Shown piece by piece: positions 59,915 through 64,000 of a stretch of 64,000 bases of DNA. The stretch's first letter is position 1; the number at the start of each line of letters is the position of its first letter. The DNA lies in contig CBDCKW010000009.1 in NCBI GenBank assembly GCA_965218435.1, positions 3,168,001 through 3,232,000 on the forward strand, given 5' to 3'. The translations under genes and the position numbers were made by a program. A model generated the notes under the pieces. That model saw only the letters and a program-made list of their open reading frames with translations, did no database searches and had not been told where the DNA came from. The stretch comes from Truepera sp. (GTDB lineage: Bacteria > Deinococcota > Deinococci > Deinococcales > Trueperaceae).

Positions 59915-61069
59915 ATGATCTATACGCGCGAGCGGCTCGAGGGGCGCGAAGCCGAGACGTTGGCTCCTTACGCTGTGCTCGCCTCACAGAGCCGGGGCCG
60001 TAGCTACCCGGAACCCGAATCACGTTACCGCACCGCCTTTCAAAAAGACCGCGACCGGGTGATTCACACCTCGGCGTTTCGGCGGCTCGAGTACAAAACG
60101 CAAGTCTTTGTCAACTACGAAGGCGACCACTACCGCACCCGCTTGACGCACACCTTAGAGGTCGCGCAGGTTGCCAAAAGCATCACCCGTGCCCTCGGCC
60201 TAAACGACGACCTTGCTGAAACGGTCGCCCTCGCCCACGACCTCGGGCATCCGCCCTTTGGTCACGCCGGAGAAGATACCCTTAACCGGCTGGCGAAGGC
60301 CGACGGCGGCTTTGACCACAACAAACAGTCGCTCAGGGTGGTGACCGAACTCGAGCACCGCTACCCAGACTTTCCCGGCCTCAATTTAACCTGGGAGACC
60401 CTAGAGGGCATCATGAAACACGAAACTGAGTACGACCTGCCAGGGTTTGGCAGCGACTGGGAACCCGATTTGCAACCCTCGTTGGAGGCGCAAGTTGTCA
60501 ATGTGGCCGATGAGCTGGCGTACAACGCGCACGACTTAGAAGACGGACTGCGCGGCGGTCACCTGAGCCCGCCGCAAATTGCCGAAGTTCCGCTCGTCGG
60601 CGACCTCATGACGCAGCTGGGGCTGGACACGCACCATTTCGGCAGTGCTGAACGCTACATTTTGATTCGCGAACTGCTGGGATTGACGATTGAGAGCACC
60701 ATCCGCGAAACCGACCGTCAGCTCGGCGTTTACGGCGTCGAAACGTTGAGTGATGTGCGGCACGCGCCGACCAAACTCGTCTGCACTGAGCCCAAACTGC
60801 ACGCAGAGCTCGCCGAGCTTAAAAGTTTTTTGTACGCCAACCTCTACTACCACTACCGCCAAATCCGCATGACCCGTAAAGCCGACCGGATGCTCTCGGC
60901 GCTCTTTTCGGCCTACTGTGACACCCCAAAGATGCTGCCGTGGGCGGTGCAGGCAGAGGTCGAGGGAAAAGGACTCGTGCGCACAGTTACGGATTACCTG
61001 GCGGGGATGACCGACCGCTACGCTTCGGATGAATACCGGAGGCTCTTCGACCCACTCTCGCTGACTTAA
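59915..61069 (+). CDS. dgt: Deoxyguanosinetriphosphate triphosphohydrolase-like HD protein
   Basis: FQKDRDRVIH..AFRRLEYKTQVF, RTRLTHTLEV, AHDLGHPPFGHAGE, DYLAGMTD. Confidence 0.96.
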   Translation: MIYTRERLEGREAETLAPYAVLASQSRGRSYPEPESRYRTAFQKDRDRVIHTSAFRRLEYKTQVFVNYEGDHYRTRLTHTLEVAQVAKSITRALGLNDDLAETVALAHDLGHPPFGHAGEDTLNRLAKADGGFDHNKQSLRVVTELEHRYPDFPGLNLTWETLEGIMKHETEYDLPGFGSDWEPDLQPSLEAQVVNVADELAYNAHDLEDGLRGGHLSPPQIAEVPLVGDLMTQLGLDTHHFGSAERYILIRELLGLTIESTIRETDRQLGVYGVETLSDVRHAPTKLVCTEPKLHAELAELKSFLYANLYYHYRQIRMTRKADRMLSALFSAYCDTPKMLPWAVQAEVEGKGLVRTVTDYLAGMTDRYASDEYRRLFDPLSLT

Positions 61070-61235
61070 GGATAAGGATTTGCTAGAGCTAACAAGCCGT
61101 TAACTTGACCCCACAACACAGTTATGACAGAACCACTGTGCCTAACATGCCAACCGAGCATACTCGAGGCACGTTAACGAGAGCATCAAGATCAAGCTAT
61201 GCTCTTGTAGAAAACGTAACCTTCGGGAGGGGAAG

Positions 61236-61655
61236 ATGGACAACGACCTACAAGACTTTGAACAGTTTTTGAAACAGCGTGAGGAAGCTTCACAAGCGTA
61301 TGTGAACGGCGACGCCGAGCCGCTGCGCCGCATTTCTACGCGCACGTCGCCTGCCACCTTTTTCGGTCCACCCGGCGACGTGGTTCAAGAGCCGGAACAG
61401 GTTATCTCGAGCTACAAAAGCAGCGCCGAACACTTCGAGTCCAGCAGTGACAACCACTTTGAAACACTTCAAATGGCAGCAAATGACGATATTGCTTATT
61501 GGGTCGGGATTCAGCGGGCAACCGCTCGCATGAAGGGACAAGCGGAAGAGGCTTCTTTCAATCTACGCCTAACCGAACTGTTCCGCCGCGAAGAGGGCGA
61601 ATGGAAGATGGTTCATCATCACGCCGACTTTCTTAAAATGGAAGCTGAAGACTGA
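61236..61655 (+). CDS. NTF2-like (SnoaL/DUF4440) family protein
   Basis: AYVNGD, LRLTELFRREEGEWKMVHHHAD. Confidence 0.85.
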   Translation: MDNDLQDFEQFLKQREEASQAYVNGDAEPLRRISTRTSPATFFGPPGDVVQEPEQVISSYKSSAEHFESSSDNHFETLQMAANDDIAYWVGIQRATARMKGQAEEASFNLRLTELFRREEGEWKMVHHHADFLKMEAED

Positions 61656-61738
61656 AAACTTAGCCACCACCCAACAAGTTATGGAAAAGGCGAAATAGAT
61701 TTGTCCCATAAAAACGTTTGTCTTTCTTGGAGACTGTA

Positions 61739-62512
61739 ATGAAAACCTTTGACCATCATTCAGGCAAACATTTAGAGATAGACGGAGCCAGCATCTATTA
61801 CGAAGAAACCGGCGATAAGAACGCTTCGGTTTTACTGCTTTTGCACGGAGGCTTTGGGAACCTCGAGGACTTTAACCCCATCCTTCCCGACCTAACGAAA
61901 ACCTTTAGAGTCATTGGGATGGACAGCCAGGGGCAGGGCAAATCAACGCTCGGTTCACACCCATTGACGTATGAGCGGTTGCAAAAAGATGTTGAACGTG
62001 TGCTCGAGCACCTCAACATTGACGCTTTGAGTATTATCGGCTTTAGCGACGGCGGCATTACCGCTTACAGACTTGCTTCACTGACATCGTTAAACATTGA
62101 CAAGCTCGTAACAATTGGTTCACGTTGGCATCTAAAAAACACCGAAGCAACACGAGATATATTTCTAAAAATTACCGGCGAGAGTTGGCGAGAAAAGTTT
62201 CCTGACATGTACGACGACTACCAAAGCCTCAATCCCGAACCGGATTTCGACTTTCTGACTCATTCTCTCATTGATATGTGGCTCGATTCCGCGTCATCTG
62301 GCTATCCGAACGAGGCGGTCAAAAACATTTTCTCTTCCTTGCTGATCGTTCGCGGTGATGACGACCATCTTATCTCTAAAGAAACGGTTGTCGAATTGTC
62401 AGAACTCGTAAAAGGCTCGAGCTTGTTCAACATTCCGTTTGCGGGGCACGACGCCTTTGTGAGTCAAAAAGAGATATTCATGCTTGGCTTAAACGAGTTT
62501 CTCGAGCGATAA
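61739..62512 (+). CDS. Alpha/beta fold hydrolase
   Basis: LLLHGG, GQGKS, GFSDGG nucleophile, GDDD, AGH. Confidence 0.92.
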   Translation: MKTFDHHSGKHLEIDGASIYYEETGDKNASVLLLLHGGFGNLEDFNPILPDLTKTFRVIGMDSQGQGKSTLGSHPLTYERLQKDVERVLEHLNIDALSIIGFSDGGITAYRLASLTSLNIDKLVTIGSRWHLKNTEATRDIFLKITGESWREKFPDMYDDYQSLNPEPDFDFLTHSLIDMWLDSASSGYPNEAVKNIFSSLLIVRGDDDHLISKETVVELSELVKGSSLFNIPFAGHDAFVSQKEIFMLGLNEFLER

Positions 62513-62534
62513 TCCCAGATTTTGTAACCGCTGA

Positions 62535-62679
62535 GGTCATCCTCTATTAGCGTTTTTGGAACGATGCCAAATCGCTATGGTTGCCAGAGTTACTGTGCTA
62601 AGCCGTGTAACCATTTGTGAAAGAAATGATGCCTGCCCGTATACTCAAGAAAATCAAGGAGGCAATTGATAATGAGTGA
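62535..62679 (+). pseudogene. 3' remnant of a RelE/HigB-type toxin
   Basis: VILY*RFWND..LWL..., then KEMMPARILKKIKEAIDNE*, overlapping the antitoxin start; internal stops, no 5' part. Confidence 0.55.
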
Positions 62680-62974
62680 CAAAGACTTGGCTCAGTGGGA
62701 AGAAGGGCGTGACCTTGGGCAAGAGATTCTCGAGGGTATTAAAGCAGTTCAGTCAGGCGATATAGGTCGCAAATTCACGCCCAAGTCTTTTTCAGTGGTG
62801 CGTACACGTGAGAAGTCAGGGCTTAGCCAAAGCCGCTTTGCCGAGCTCTTAGGAGTGTCTGTCCGCACGCTGCAAGACTGGGAACAAGGGCGACGTGAAC
62901 CGTCAGGCGCAGCTAAGACCTTGCTTAAAATAGCTGAACTGCACCCCGAAGTTCTAAGTGAAGTAGCAGCTTAG
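62672..62974 (+). CDS. XRE-family HTH antitoxin (HigA-like)
   Basis: REKSGLSQSRFAELLGVSVRTLQDWEQGRREPSGAAKTLL; AGGAGG RBS. Confidence 0.9.
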   Translation: MSDKDLAQWEEGRDLGQEILEGIKAVQSGDIGRKFTPKSFSVVRTREKSGLSQSRFAELLGVSVRTLQDWEQGRREPSGAAKTLLKIAELHPEVLSEVAA

Positions 62975-63025
62975 TGGGATGGGTTTCTCCCGACTAGAAA
63001 AGATTGACACTCTAAGTAGCATCTG

Positions 63026-63598
63026 ATGAAACCGAAAGTAAGCTGGTCGGTCATACTCTTCGCGGCTCTGCTCTTAACAGGCGGTAAGCCAATAACGAGT
63101 TCTCACAGTAAGCAGGTTGTTCAGCCTAGTAAGCAAGTTGCCAGACAAAACCATTTGGCCGAAAGCTTAAAGACTTGGCAAAGACCCAAAGCTCTTCATA
63201 ACGGTAGCTACCGCTACAGCGTTGAAGGAGGCTTTTTGACTTTCTACGGCGTTACAACTATTACGGTAAGAAAAGGTAAAGTGGTCTCGCAAATCCATAG
63301 TTATTTTGAAAGAAATAACAAAGACCAATGGGTATTTATGGACGAATACAGTTGGACCGAAGAAGGTGTAGCAGTTGGAAGTCACGAAGGTGTTGCACCG
63401 CTCACAGTAGATGAGCTTTACAAAGTTTGCCGAGACGAGGTGCTTACCCGAAATCCCCGAGTTAACGATATTTATCTCGACTTCAAAGCCAACGGCGTGT
63501 TGGACAGTTGCGTCTATGGCCTTAAGGGTTTTACCACTGACGTTTTTCCAGGCGTTTATGTTGGTACGCTCGAGTTTCTCCCCACTAAACCCGACTAA
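63026..63598 (+). CDS. Hypothetical secreted protein (DUF6174-like)
   Basis: Signal-like N-terminus; YRYSV...TITVRKGKVV...TVDELY; low GC; followed by a terminator. Confidence 0.65.
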   Translation: MKPKVSWSVILFAALLLTGGKPITSSHSKQVVQPSKQVARQNHLAESLKTWQRPKALHNGSYRYSVEGGFLTFYGVTTITVRKGKVVSQIHSYFERNNKDQWVFMDEYSWTEEGVAVGSHEGVAPLTVDELYKVCRDEVLTRNPRVNDIYLDFKANGVLDSCVYGLKGFTTDVFPGVYVGTLEFLPTKPD

Positions 63599-63617
63599 AC
63601 CGTAACCAAGCTAAACG

Positions 63618-63648
63618 AAAAGGGACGGCCTCAGCACGTCCCTTTTTT
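63618..63648. terminator. Bidirectional rho-independent terminator
   Basis: AAAAGGGACG-gcctcagca-CGTCCCTTTTTT between convergent genes. Confidence 0.85.
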
Positions 63649-63661
63649 ACTGGTAAATAGT

Positions 63662-64000
63662 TTACTTCCCGAGCGTACTCCGCGCCGTCCCGAGCAGCTC
63701 ACCCGTCGAAACATCTCTAAACCACGCCGACCCGAGGTTAGGCTTGTCTATCCGGACCATCACCCACGGGTTGGTGAGCGCCTGCGTCGTCAGGGTGCCG
63801 GGAGCGGGTTGAGTAATAGCAAGGTCGAGATACGCTTCGCCCTGTTCGACGGCGACGTTTTGCACATCTACGCTGTAACCGCCGCTGCGCTGCGTGCCTA
63901 AAAAGAAGGCGGCGACGCTTGACTGCCCAAAATCAACCTCCGGCAGTGGGGGCGGAGAGGTCATCGCGCCGTAAGCGCGGTTCCAGATCGTTTCCAAATC
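63662..64000 (-). CDS. PrcB C-terminal domain protein (partial; 5' end is outside the window)
   Basis: VDF....VAAFFLG...SGGYSV.V...TQALTNPWVMV. Confidence 0.8.
   Translation of the reverse strand, partial: DLETIWNRAYGAMTSPPPLPEVDFGQSSVAAFFLGTQRSGGYSVDVQNVAVEQGEAYLDLAITQPAPGTLTTQALTNPWVMVRIDKPNLGSAWFRDVSTGELLGTARSTLGK

Noticed and set aside
61070..63600. Integron-like cassette array (co-oriented low-GC genes with RYYYAAC-like words such as GCCTAAC and ACCCAAC)
   Set aside because: No complete attC hairpins with matching R''/L''/L'/R' boxes could be built, and there is no integrase.
108..63605. Many short antisense or overlapping ORFs in the six-frame track (e.g. 2684-3196, 9086-9712, 35919-36470, 43127-43708, 57860-58204)
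   Set aside because: They are shadows of well-supported genes or intergenic DNA in a GC-rich genome, with no motifs or RBS.
1..64000. tRNA or rRNA genes
   Set aside because: No cloverleaf with T-loop/CCA or rRNA signature was noticed by eye; tRNAscan-SE and barrnap would confirm.

Overview
Chromosomal DNA from a GC-rich bacterium, most likely Deinococcota (Truepera/Thermus/Deinococcus-like). The lineage is inferred from the caa3 oxidase with fused subunits I/III, a Thermus-type MglB, Hera-like and RsmF-like genes, and leaderless -10 motifs. In order, the window holds: the 3' part of a type III restriction-modification locus (mod, res), a glpD remnant and a low-GC HEPN-like orphan; a caa3 cytochrome c oxidase and heme a biogenesis operon; small regulator/stress genes; aceE-aceF followed by a secreted blue-copper-like protein; a LacI-controlled sugar ABC/glucosidase operon; terC with a yybP-ykoY riboswitch; an E3-binding-domain coiled-coil gene paired with an orphan mglB; transport genes; a CheR/CheB-less Chp/Pil-type chemosensory cluster with PATAN and Roadblock output proteins; and housekeeping genes (DEAD-box helicase, rsmF, hisN, dgt) mixed with decayed defence and toxin remnants. 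The most striking unexplained signals are (i) roughly 10-fold over-representation of the palindrome CTCGAG in genes and intergenic DNA, resembling cyanobacterial HIP1, (ii) degenerate intergenic tandem repeats of period 7/14 (also 12 and 15), one of which sits inside a riboswitch, and (iii) a possible chemosensory-to-MglB polarity module. All calls come from reading motifs by eye; no database searches were run.
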